From a bacterium (GTDB lineage: Bacteria; RBG-13-61-14; DATKZS01), in the NCBI GenBank assembly GCA_963674965.2, contig CAXXFL010000007.1, forward strand, positions 576,001 to 640,000: a stretch of DNA of 64,000 bases. The letters run 5' to 3'. A program made the position numbers and the translations under genes. Of this stretch, positions 28,196 to 37,300 are shown piece by piece. The number at the start of each line of letters is the position of its first letter. The first letter of the stretch is position 1. The notes beneath the pieces are model-generated. The model was not told the DNA's origin. It saw only the letters and a program-made list of their open reading frames with translations, and made no database searches.

Positions 28196-30421
28196 CTATT
28201 CGGCCTTCATCGACTCGAGCGCCCTGCCGGCCAGGGGAAAAAGGGCGCGGGCGGCCGCGGGGTCCGAGCGAAGGGCAAAGAAGTAATCGGCGGGCCGCTC
28301 GGAGCAACCCGGCTCGAGCGTTTCAGCCCCCGCCTTTTCCACCTTATAAACCACCGAGAAGTCGTCGGCGTATACCTTTTTGAAGGCGGCGGGAGCTTCG
28401 TCTGCCCATGCTTTCTCCACGGGGTATCCGCTCGAGTCATGTTCGGAGTTGACAAGGACGTTGCGGGGCAGCTTCATCACCACCAGGTAATCGAACTCCT
28501 CTTTTTGGAGCGCCATGGCCCAATCCTGCGGACAGTGGACAAGGCGGGAGACGATGGGCTCCGGCGTCAAGAATGAACCCTTCCCAAGCTCGAGCCTCGC
28601 GGATATCTCATGGTCCAGCGGATTTATCTCGCCCGAGGTTGAAACGTAGGCGACTTCATTGTTAAGGCCCGGACCGCGCAAAGGATAAGGAACGTTGGCG
28701 CCGGCATAGGCGACCTTCAGGCCGCCGCCCATTGATGAGATATATGACCAGGCCCCGCCGTACTCCCAACTCTTTAAAGTTTTTTCGCGGGCGTCCTCGT
28801 AGGAAAGAAGCGCGATGGGCAGACAACATACAACCAGGAGGGAATAGGAAACCACGAAATATTTTGCCGCGCTCTTTTGCCGGGACCGATCATGGGCCAT
28901 TATCGGCCCGGCTATCGCGTAATAAAAAATGAAAAAGACGACTGGAGCTCCGCCCATAATCCAAAGCGAAATAAAAAGGTCGCCGGCGCCCCCCCCCGGC
29001 CGGATAAAAAACCACGCCGCGATCGATCCGGTGACGATAAAATTCTTCAAGGCCCCGCGCCCGGCCAGCCGAGCGGCCGCGGCCGCCATCGGCGGTATTG
29101 CCGCCAGCCAGAACCTGTCCACCTGGAAGGGAAGAACGTTCCAGATAAGTCGGTCGACGAGGAGGGGCAGGCTCGCCGCGTAAAGGACGGCCGCTGAAAA
29201 AAGAGAGAACTTCTTGCGGGCGTCATGGACCATCATCGCCAATGCGGCGATCCAGAAAATCACCAGGAGGGGGGAGGCGTTGTTCGAGACGGCCTCGGCC
29301 CATTTGGCCAGGCCCGCCTGGTGATATACCCAGGCCTTCATTTGGTCGCGTCCGTAAAGACCGGGGAAGATATCGGCCCCGAAAAAGGAGACGCCGATAG
29401 GGAAGACGGGGTTTCCGGCAAGGGCCCAGTTCCGTATGTACCAGATACCTCCGCCCGCCGCTCCGGCCAGGGCCCCGGCCGCCCATCCCATCCAGCCCCG
29501 GCCGGGCAATGACTTCACCATGGCCATGGCCGCCAGAGGCAAAAGGAGGAGCAGAAGCCCCAGGGCCGTATACTTGCATCCGCCCATCAAGCCGGCCGCG
29601 AGCAGGGCGAAAAAGGCGTCCTTGCCCGACCCCCTCGCGATGGCACGCAAAAAGAAAAAAATGGAGGCGGCAAAAAAGGCGGCAATGGACAAATCGCTCA
29701 GGGCCGTCCTCCCCTCGAACAGGAACAACGGGCAAAGGATGGCGAGGAGGGGCGCCATGGTAGGGTTCGATTTTTCGGCGCCCATATCTTCGGCTATCCC
29801 CGCCGCGGCGGCCAGGGCCAGGAGCAGGAAGGGCCATTGCCCCGACTGGGCGAGAAAGTCCGATCCGAAAGGGGCGAGAAGCCAGACGAAAAAGGTGGAA
29901 GTAAATTGGGGGCCATAGGCGTGAGAGGGGTCTCCGAAGGGAGTGGGAATGATGGAAATCTTGCCGGCCCGATAATACTCGGCCGCGAAATGGAGCTGGT
30001 AGGTCAAAGAGTCGTGCTGATAGCGCGGGCTAAACAGTCCCTCCCAGAGGAGCGCGAGAGTAAGGAGAAAGACCGCCAGGGCCGCCGCGTAATAAAGGGA
30101 GTTTTCTTTTTGGCGCTCTTGAGCCCGCGCCGAATCTTTCGGGAATTCATTTTTATTCGGCTTTAAAAATAACGCTGCCAGGCCGAAGGCCCAGGACCAG
30201 GCAAGGAGCCAGGAAAGAGACCCCAGGGGAACGAGGCCGCCGACCCAAACGGCCGACCCGGCGAGAAAGAAATACACGACCATGGCCCCAACCGCCCCGG
30301 AGACCTTGTCGTCAACGGTTATTTTGCAAGACAGGCGCCACGAGAAAAAACACAAGGGCCCGTGAAGAGCGAGCAAAAGGGCCGTCCCCAAAAAGGCGTC
30401 TCCCGGCGATGGATTCGACAT
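28196..30421 (-). CDS. Polytopic membrane protein, probable GT-C glycosyltransferase
   Basis: HDSLTYQL, WYIRNWALAGNPVFP, many TM helices. Confidence 0.65.
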   Translation of the reverse strand: MSNPSPGDAFLGTALLLALHGPLCFFSWRLSCKITVDDKVSGAVGAMVVYFFLAGSAVWVGGLVPLGSLSWLLAWSWAFGLAALFLKPNKNEFPKDSARAQERQKENSLYYAAALAVFLLTLALLWEGLFSPRYQHDSLTYQLHFAAEYYRAGKISIIPTPFGDPSHAYGPQFTSTFFVWLLAPFGSDFLAQSGQWPFLLLALAAAAGIAEDMGAEKSNPTMAPLLAILCPLFLFEGRTALSDLSIAAFFAASIFFFLRAIARGSGKDAFFALLAAGLMGGCKYTALGLLLLLLPLAAMAMVKSLPGRGWMGWAAGALAGAAGGGIWYIRNWALAGNPVFPIGVSFFGADIFPGLYGRDQMKAWVYHQAGLAKWAEAVSNNASPLLVIFWIAALAMMVHDARKKFSLFSAAVLYAASLPLLVDRLIWNVLPFQVDRFWLAAIPPMAAAAARLAGRGALKNFIVTGSIAAWFFIRPGGGAGDLFISLWIMGGAPVVFFIFYYAIAGPIMAHDRSRQKSAAKYFVVSYSLLVVCCLPIALLSYEDAREKTLKSWEYGGAWSYISSMGGGLKVAYAGANVPYPLRGPGLNNEVAYVSTSGEINPLDHEISARLELGKGSFLTPEPIVSRLVHCPQDWAMALQKEEFDYLVVMKLPRNVLVNSEHDSSGYPVEKAWADEAPAAFKKVYADDFSVVYKVEKAGAETLEPGCSERPADYFFALRSDPAAARALFPLAGRALESMKAE

Positions 30422-30480
30422 GGTGGAATTATAAAAACTATTGGAGCGCCCTACAAGAAGGCGGCGCCTGGGCGTTCAAA

Positions 30481-32745
30481 TTATTGCCCGCCCGTTCTGG
30501 CCTCGGGGTATGAATAGTAATAGGCCATGTAGAAACCGAGGATACGCTTGACGTATTCCCTGGTTTCCTTGATGGGTATTTCCTCGACGAAGGCCGGCGC
30601 GTCCAGGCCCAGTTCGTCGGCCCTCTCGGCCCAGCGCTTCATCCTTTGGGGCCCGGCGTTGTACGACCCCAGCGCCCTGGTAATGGTTTTGAGCCTCGCG
30701 TCCGCCGTCGTGGCCTCGTTCACGCCGAACTGTTCGAGCCGGTTAGCCAGGTAATAGCACCCGTAGCGGATATTGGTTTCCGGGTCGTTAAGCTTGCTCG
30801 AGGAGTATCCCTTTTCCCCGAGTCCCTTGGCGATCTGCTTGCCCGTGTCGGGCATGATCTGCATAAGGCCGATGGCGCCGGCCGAGGACTTGATGGTGGG
30901 ACGGTAGGTGCTTTCGGCCCTCATCAGCGACCATACCAGGAAGGGGTCCAGTCCGCGTTCCTTGGCGTACTTGGCCGTCAGCTCCGGATAAGCCTTGGGA
31001 TAGGCGGCGCGCCAGGCGTCGGCCTCCCCGGGAGGCGGAGTATTTAAACGAGAGCCGAAATTGCGCTGAGCCACCCGCTGGGACATGTAATAGTCGCCTA
31101 GCTCGTAATGCATGCGGGAAATCTTCCAGGCCAGCCACTCGGGCATTCGTCCCTGCCTCTCGAGGGCCTTTAGCTGCCCCTCGCTCTCGTCGGAGATGCC
31201 CAGCAGGGAAAGCTCGTGAGCTATCCGGTACTCGAGGGGAGGATTGGGCTGCTCGGGCGGGATGACCGATTTGGTGGCCGGGTGAGGCCACTTGGCCCCG
31301 ACCTGGGTGGAAACGTAATAGGCGTAAGGGGTCTTCCAGTATTTGCTTAGGATGTTGGCCTCGAGGGGAACGGCCTGGTCGGGCTGGCCCAGCTTCCGGT
31401 GCAAAACGGCCTTCCAATATTGGCTCCTGGCGTTGAATTCCTTGTCCTTGGAGGAGCGCGGGACCTTGCTGATGTAGGCCATGGACTTGGCGTATTCCTT
31501 TTTCAGGTACTTGATCCAGGCGATCTGGAAAAGGGACTCCGAGCGCAGGGTGCTGTGAGGATAATCGCTCGCCAGCTTCCGGTACCTGGACTCGGCCCCC
31601 TCCCAGTCGTTGTTGATCTTCTTGAGCCTGGCCCCGTAGAAAAGTCCGCGCGTGGCGTACTCGGAGCTCGGATGCCTGGTCCAGATCGCGTCGTACACGG
31701 CCACTGCCTCGTCGTGCTTGCCCGATCGCCGATAGGCGCTGGCGATAAGGTACATGATCTCGACGTCCTCGGCCGAGGTGAGGGCCTGGGCCTTGGTGAG
31801 TATTTCGATCGACTTGGTAAACTCGCGCTTGGCCTGATGGGCCTTGGCCTGGAGCTTGTAAAGGTCAGCCACCCGCTTGGGAGGCGAGCCCTTTTCCGCC
31901 TTTTCCACTATGGGAGCAAGCTCGGACAGGGCCCTGGTGGCGTAGGACTTATCTATCAGGTTTTCGATCCTCTTTATCCGGTCGCCCTCCGAGAAGGGAG
32001 TGGTCTCTCCGGGCAGAAGGTAACTATCCTTGTGCTTTTCGAGAAGTTCCTCGGCCTGGTCCGCCCAGAAGTTGGTGGGATGGTCCCGCCAGAGCTTGAC
32101 CAGTTCCTTCCTCGCCTCGGCCACCGAGCCCGTCATGGTCTTGGCCCAGGCCGAGGTGTAGTCTATCTCACGGTCCCACAGGCCGTCCTTTTCCGTGGAT
32201 TTGAGCGCCGCCAGCCTTTGCAGGACCTTCACCGCCTCCTCGGGCGCTTCGCCCCGCCTGCGGCAGCGCAATAGCTCCATCATGGCCCTGCCTTTCAGGT
32301 CGCCCGGCGGGTCACTGGATATAAGTTTCTCCCAAAGGGGAACGGCCTCGGAGTAGTTCTCCGCGTCCTGGTAGGTGAGGGCGCCGTAAAAGAGACCGTG
32401 ATAGGAAAGCTCGGGATGGAGTTTCGAGGCCTGGTAAAAACGGGACCTGGCCGAGTCGTATTTCTTTTGTTTATACTCGCAGTATCCCGCCAGGAACTGG
32501 GCTTTGCCCCAAAGAGTTTTGTCCTGCCCGGACGCCCGCGCCCGATCGCAAAGCTCGACGGACTTATCGTATTCCCCGGCCTTGAGCCTGGCCGCGGCCA
32601 GAGACAATAGCGCCTCGGGAGAGGCGTCGGGGTCGTCCGCGAAGACGGCGGGCGAAAGCATAATAATAATTATAAGGACGAAGACGCGAAGAGCGCTCGA
32701 AAACCAAAAACGACGGAAAGGGGTTATCATGGCGACCTTACCCAT
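30481..32745 (-). CDS. Soluble lytic transglycosylase (Slt-like) with TPRs
   Basis: MRAES, GAIGLMQIMPDT, YNAGP, ETREYVKR; TPR N-terminal region; start uncertain. Confidence 0.9.
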   Translation of the reverse strand: MGKVAMITPFRRFWFSSALRVFVLIIIIMLSPAVFADDPDASPEALLSLAAARLKAGEYDKSVELCDRARASGQDKTLWGKAQFLAGYCEYKQKKYDSARSRFYQASKLHPELSYHGLFYGALTYQDAENYSEAVPLWEKLISSDPPGDLKGRAMMELLRCRRRGEAPEEAVKVLQRLAALKSTEKDGLWDREIDYTSAWAKTMTGSVAEARKELVKLWRDHPTNFWADQAEELLEKHKDSYLLPGETTPFSEGDRIKRIENLIDKSYATRALSELAPIVEKAEKGSPPKRVADLYKLQAKAHQAKREFTKSIEILTKAQALTSAEDVEIMYLIASAYRRSGKHDEAVAVYDAIWTRHPSSEYATRGLFYGARLKKINNDWEGAESRYRKLASDYPHSTLRSESLFQIAWIKYLKKEYAKSMAYISKVPRSSKDKEFNARSQYWKAVLHRKLGQPDQAVPLEANILSKYWKTPYAYYVSTQVGAKWPHPATKSVIPPEQPNPPLEYRIAHELSLLGISDESEGQLKALERQGRMPEWLAWKISRMHYELGDYYMSQRVAQRNFGSRLNTPPPGEADAWRAAYPKAYPELTAKYAKERGLDPFLVWSLMRAESTYRPTIKSSAGAIGLMQIMPDTGKQIAKGLGEKGYSSSKLNDPETNIRYGCYYLANRLEQFGVNEATTADARLKTITRALGSYNAGPQRMKRWAERADELGLDAPAFVEEIPIKETREYVKRILGFYMAYYYSYPEARTGGQ

Positions 32746-32859
32746 GGCGCGCGGGGCCGGGTTCCCCGCTGGAAATATTTAAGGGGCCTTCTCATGGCGG
32801 AGCAGCTTAGTATTTATTTCGACTTCAAAAGAAGCGGACCCGTTCCCGCCGGGACCGCG

Positions 32860-32993
32860 AAAAAAAGTCGGATTCACTCGTCAGGGCCCACTAACCGCGT
32901 CGCCCCCCTCAGGCATCCACTTCAGCGCAGCTTCCACATTCCGCATTAGAGCACCGCATCCGCTCAACTTGGACCCTGACGTGTAAATCCGAC
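32860..32993 (-). ncRNA. Candidate structured RNA or extended terminator: 24-bp closing stem, ~79-nt interior, U7 tail
   Basis: Arms 32867-32890 and 32970-32993 match at 21/24; two of the three mismatches are G-U wobbles on the minus strand; T7 follows. Confidence 0.5.
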
Positions 32994-33200
32994 CTAAATA
33001 CCCATTATGTCAACCGTTTCTTTGAGTTCTTCTTTCCTATTATCGTAGTAGCCCTCGAAATATTCACGCTCGATCCCCATCTCCTCGAGGGCCGCCGCCA
33101 GCATGGCGCCGAATTCATCGCGGCCTTTGCCCGATAGTTCCCGGCGGGCCTTCATGACGGCCAGAAGATACAGAGAATCAAGCTCGACTTTGTTAAGAAT
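32994..33200 (-). CDS. Small hypothetical protein (53 aa from ATG 33155, or 68 aa from ATT 33200)
   Basis: ILNKVELDSLYLLAV-MKARRELSGKGRDEFGAMLAAALEEMGIEREYFEGYYDNRKEELKETVDIMGI*; host-like codons; upstream promoter. Confidence 0.55.
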   Translation of the reverse strand: MLNKVELDSLYLLAVMKARRELSGKGRDEFGAMLAAALEEMGIEREYFEGYYDNRKEELKETVDIMGI

Positions 33201-33272
33201 CTTCTTTCCCCTTTTCCTCTAAGCTATGAATTGATATTAAGTTAATAGTTAATTAAGCAAAATTATACGTAT

Positions 33273-33301
33273 CTTATACCGATATTTTAGTAATTTGTCA
33301 A
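33273..33301 (-). promoter_or_regulatory. Sigma70-like promoter for the small ORF
   Basis: TTGACA(33301-33296)-17-TATAAG(33278-33273) within a very AT-rich tract. Confidence 0.55.
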
Positions 33302-33468
33302 GTAAAAAATGTAAATTTATGAAAATTAATTAAAAAAATTATTAAAATAATATGACGGCGCGCCGTCCCGGCCGCTGCCCGAGCGGCCGGGCGCGTTTTA
33401 ACCGGTTATGATTTTTTACAATAAGCGGACTTTTGCCCGGAAGGAAAGTAAATGATATCCTCTTATAC

Positions 33469-34329
33469 ATGAACATGAAAAAGAAAACTCTGAACCTGGC
33501 CCCACCGGTCCTGGCGGGGATCATATTCGCGCTGGCCCTGGGGGGATGCCCCAAGCGTCCGGACGTAACCGCCGTCGTTCCCTCCCGCGTGGCCGACGCA
33601 GACTCGCTTATCGCCAAGATAAGGCGCGACGGAAGCGGTCTCCAGAGGATGGACGCCTCGGTCAAGATAAAGCTCTCGGGCACTCCCATGCCCTTTCGTG
33701 GCAACTTTTACGGGAGCCTTAGGGTGGACAAGGAAATGGAACAGTTGGCCCTTTGGTTCCAGGTCTACAACATGCCCGGCGTTCCCATCATGGAGATCAT
33801 CACCAGGGGCGACAGGGTCGAGGTATTCTCGCCGCTCGAGAGAACGGTGTACGTGAATTTCTCGGAGTTCGCCGAGGCGGGAAAAGTGGAGGAGTTTCCC
33901 CTTTCGGCCTTTGGCGAGGTCTTCATTCCCCTGGACCACATCGTGAAGCAGATCGAGCTTTTATGGGGCCTCGGGATAGATGAAGCCTTCCGGTACGAGT
34001 TCGTGGCCTCGGACGACATTTACATCCTCAGCGAGTGGGACGGGACCGTGCTCCGCCGGGAAATGGAATACTCGAAAAAAGGCGCCTTGCTGACCCGGGT
34101 CAAAGTCTATCAAGGCGGGATACTAGCCGGCGGCATGGAATGCTCGGGCCACTCGGGCGGCGGCGCGGCCGGGTTCCTTCCCGGCGAGATAACTCTTTAC
34201 CAGGGCGACGTGCAGGTCAAGCTCAGCCTGTCCAAGCTAAGGTCCAACCTCGAGGTCACGGGGCAGCCCATAAGGTTCAGGCCGCCCGAGAACAACAGGG
34301 TGGTCCTTTTAACTCCGCCCGTAAGATAA
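33469..34329 (+). CDS. Hypothetical lipoprotein (LolA/LolB-like fold possible)
   Basis: Lipobox ALGGC after a basic/hydrophobic signal; beta-rich body. Confidence 0.65.
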   Translation: MNMKKKTLNLAPPVLAGIIFALALGGCPKRPDVTAVVPSRVADADSLIAKIRRDGSGLQRMDASVKIKLSGTPMPFRGNFYGSLRVDKEMEQLALWFQVYNMPGVPIMEIITRGDRVEVFSPLERTVYVNFSEFAEAGKVEEFPLSAFGEVFIPLDHIVKQIELLWGLGIDEAFRYEFVASDDIYILSEWDGTVLRREMEYSKKGALLTRVKVYQGGILAGGMECSGHSGGGAAGFLPGEITLYQGDVQVKLSLSKLRSNLEVTGQPIRFRPPENNRVVLLTPPVR

Positions 34330-34341
34330 AGGCCTACCCGC

Positions 34342-37300
34342 CTATTCGACTCCAATTATGGTAACGACGCCGGCGGCGTTTATAGCGTCCATGTACCTTC
34401 CCTTGCCGCCGCTTCCGCATTGCGGGGCGAGGGCGTCAATTATTATCGTGCCCGCCGCGTCCACCCGGACGACCACGCTCGAGCGTCCGCCCTCGGCGAT
34501 GGGGCCGGAGACGTCGTACCTTGCCTGGACTCCCGCGCTTCCCTCTCCTCCCAGCAGGGTGGCCGAGCCCGCGGACCCGACGCCGATGGAAAATATCACT
34601 CCTATGCCGGCGGTATAATTGGGATAATCGTTTTTAACCCCCACCGTGATTCTGGTGGTCGAGCCCACCTCGACCATGCGGAGACCGTCCCCGGAAAGCT
34701 CGAGCGTGACGGGAATGCTCGGGTTGGACAGGGTACCTTGAATGGCGATCATCTGTTTGAGCACGTTCGCGTCCAGCGGCGAGATGATCTCGTCCATGTC
34801 CAGTTCCTGGCTGTCTCCGTTGGGTGGGATCACGCCCGTGTATGAGGCTGGTTTCAGGTCTATCCTGGACTTGAGGGCGATAAGGTCGAGGGGAGAGATC
34901 ATGCCGTCGGCCGAGATGGTGTCTCCCGAGTCGGCCCAGCAAAGGCACCCCGTGCCTCCCGCGAGAGACTCGGTCCAAATACCGGTCCCATTATAGTACT
35001 CGTGTGAGTTGGGCGCGCCGTCGCCGTCGAAGTCGGCGCCCATGCCGTCGTCCGGATCGAGGGGATCTAGGTTTTGCGAGTGACCCGTCATGTTGGCAGC
35101 CTCGAAGGCGTCGGGCAGCGCGTCTCCGTCCGTGTCCCAGGAGGTGGGGTCCGTGCCGAGGGAGTTGTATTCCTCCCCGTCCGAGAGGCCGTCGGCGTCC
35201 GAGTCGGGATGATAGGGGTTGGACCCTATTCCCGTCTCGGTCTCGTCCGGGACCCCGTCGGCGTCGGAGTCGGCCGACAGGGAAACGCCCCATACCTCGA
35301 CGTCGTCTATGTTCCATCCGAAATAGTTGTCCGTCGCGTTGGTCGGTCCCATGGTCCATCTTAACCAGACCGTGGATTTCCGGTCGGCGTAATACGCTAT
35401 GTCGAGATCAGCCTGGGTCCAGGCCGTGTCTATCAGCACGTAATGGGGGTTGGTCCAACTCCAGGACCAGGAACTCATGTCGCTCGAGACCCGGACGTTG
35501 GCCCCGTCGTAGGCCCCGTTGTCGATTCCCATCCACCTTTGGAACCGTAAAAGCACGGAAGTGTAGTTGGAAAGGTCCATGGACCCGGTGGTCAGGTTGC
35601 ATACCGCGGCCATCGAGTTGGGGTAATCCCCGTCCAGGTTGTAGCCGTAGACGTTGTCGCCGGTGTAGCCGGAGGTCGGGTCACCGTTCCCTCCGGTCCC
35701 CTGCCCGGTGGGAACGCCGAACTCCCACTGGCCCTCGACGCTCCAGCCGGGGTCGGAATCGAAATAGAACCCGTAGGCCACTTGCCTGTCGGAGGGGATG
35801 GCAGCCCGCTGCGCCGTGTTCCCGTCCTCGTTCCCGAAGCGGTCCATGGCCCGGACCACGTAGAAATAGGCCTGGCCGTTGGTCAGGCTCGTATCGGTCA
35901 TCTCGAGCTGGCCCGATGCCGCGTGAGGGTCCCCAAAGTCCTGTCCGCCCCGGGTCTCGGCGCGATAAACGTTATAGGTAATGGGCGCGTTGACGTCGGA
36001 GGCCGCGCTCCATGCCAGGAAGGTCTTGTTCAGTCCCGGCAGGGCGGACTCGATGCCCCCGAAGGACGGGGGCTCGAGGTCGATAATCGCCCGGTCGTGC
36101 TTGGCCGCGTTGGTGTCCCCCGCGCCCGTGTCCGCGTCCACGTACATGGCCGTGATGGTGTCGCCGTTTGCGACCTGCAAGTCCTCTCCCACTATCAGGG
36201 AGCCGAGAAACTTGCCCGATCCCGCCGGATCCTCGGTCATGGACAAGGGGATGGGCGTCGGGTCCGAGGCGCTCCAGACGTCCACCGTCAGGGAGTCCGT
36301 GCAGATGAGGTCGTAGTCCTCGACGTAAAGCCCAGCCTCGCTCGCGTCCCCGTAATAGAAGTTGTCCCACTCGACGTACCCGTTGCGGTTCATGCCCGTG
36401 CAGACGTTTAGACGCTGGGTAAAGGGCGCCGAGTCGCCTGACGTATAATTGATGGTGACCGTGGACCCCGGCGGATAGGAAACCAGGTTTTCGGGCACTC
36501 CCGTCTCGGTCACGCCGAAGGTTTCCGCGTACGGGACCGTGCCCCCGAAATAGTAGCGCGCCCAGTGGTTGGCGGCGAAGCCTATATAGTAGCGCTTGCC
36601 CTTTTTCAGGGTCACCGATATGTCTCCCGAGTTGAACCAGGAGTGGTTGGGGAAATAGCCCTGGTAGGGCGCCTGGTTGCTATGGATAAGCTCGTACTCC
36701 CCGGTCACGGAGTCGTTCTCGTAGACGAAGAACCAAAGTGACCCGTTCTCCCGCAGGCGGATATCGACGCTCGTCAGCTCGACGGTCTGACTCACGGTGT
36801 AGACGTTTCCCCTCGCGACCGTGCCGTGCAGGTAACTATCGTAGTTTCCCACCGCGTCCAGGGTGCACTCGCGCCCGGCCAGGTGAGGGAGGGTGGAAAG
36901 CTCGACCGTGTTCCCCTCCTCCTGCCCGAAGCGGTCCTCAGCCCGGACCACGTAGTAATAGCGCGTGCAGAAGACGGCCGTATAGTCCACGAAGGCCGTG
37001 TCTCCCGCCGAGGCCAGGGGCTCGAGGAAGTTCTGGCCGCCCGAGGTCTCGGCGCGATACACGTTGTAGGTGATGGGCCCGTTGTCGTCCGCGGCGGGCG
37101 CCCAGTCTAAAAGTATCACCGTGTCCGAGGGAAGGGCCTGGGCAAGGCCCGAGAAGACGGGAGGCGCTCCGTCCACCAGGGCCTCGTCCGTCTTGGGCAA
37201 AAAGGTGTCGCCGTCACCCGTGTCCGCGTCCACGTATAGGGCCGTGATGGTGTCGCCGTCATCCACTAAAAGGTCCACGCCCAGGGCCGGGAGTCCCGAA

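Noticed and set aside
32988-33015. TTATGTCAACC as a chromosomal dif site or integron attC
   Set aside because: The XerC arm is poor, the site lies in the last codons of a plausible ORF, and there is no integrase or cassette array.
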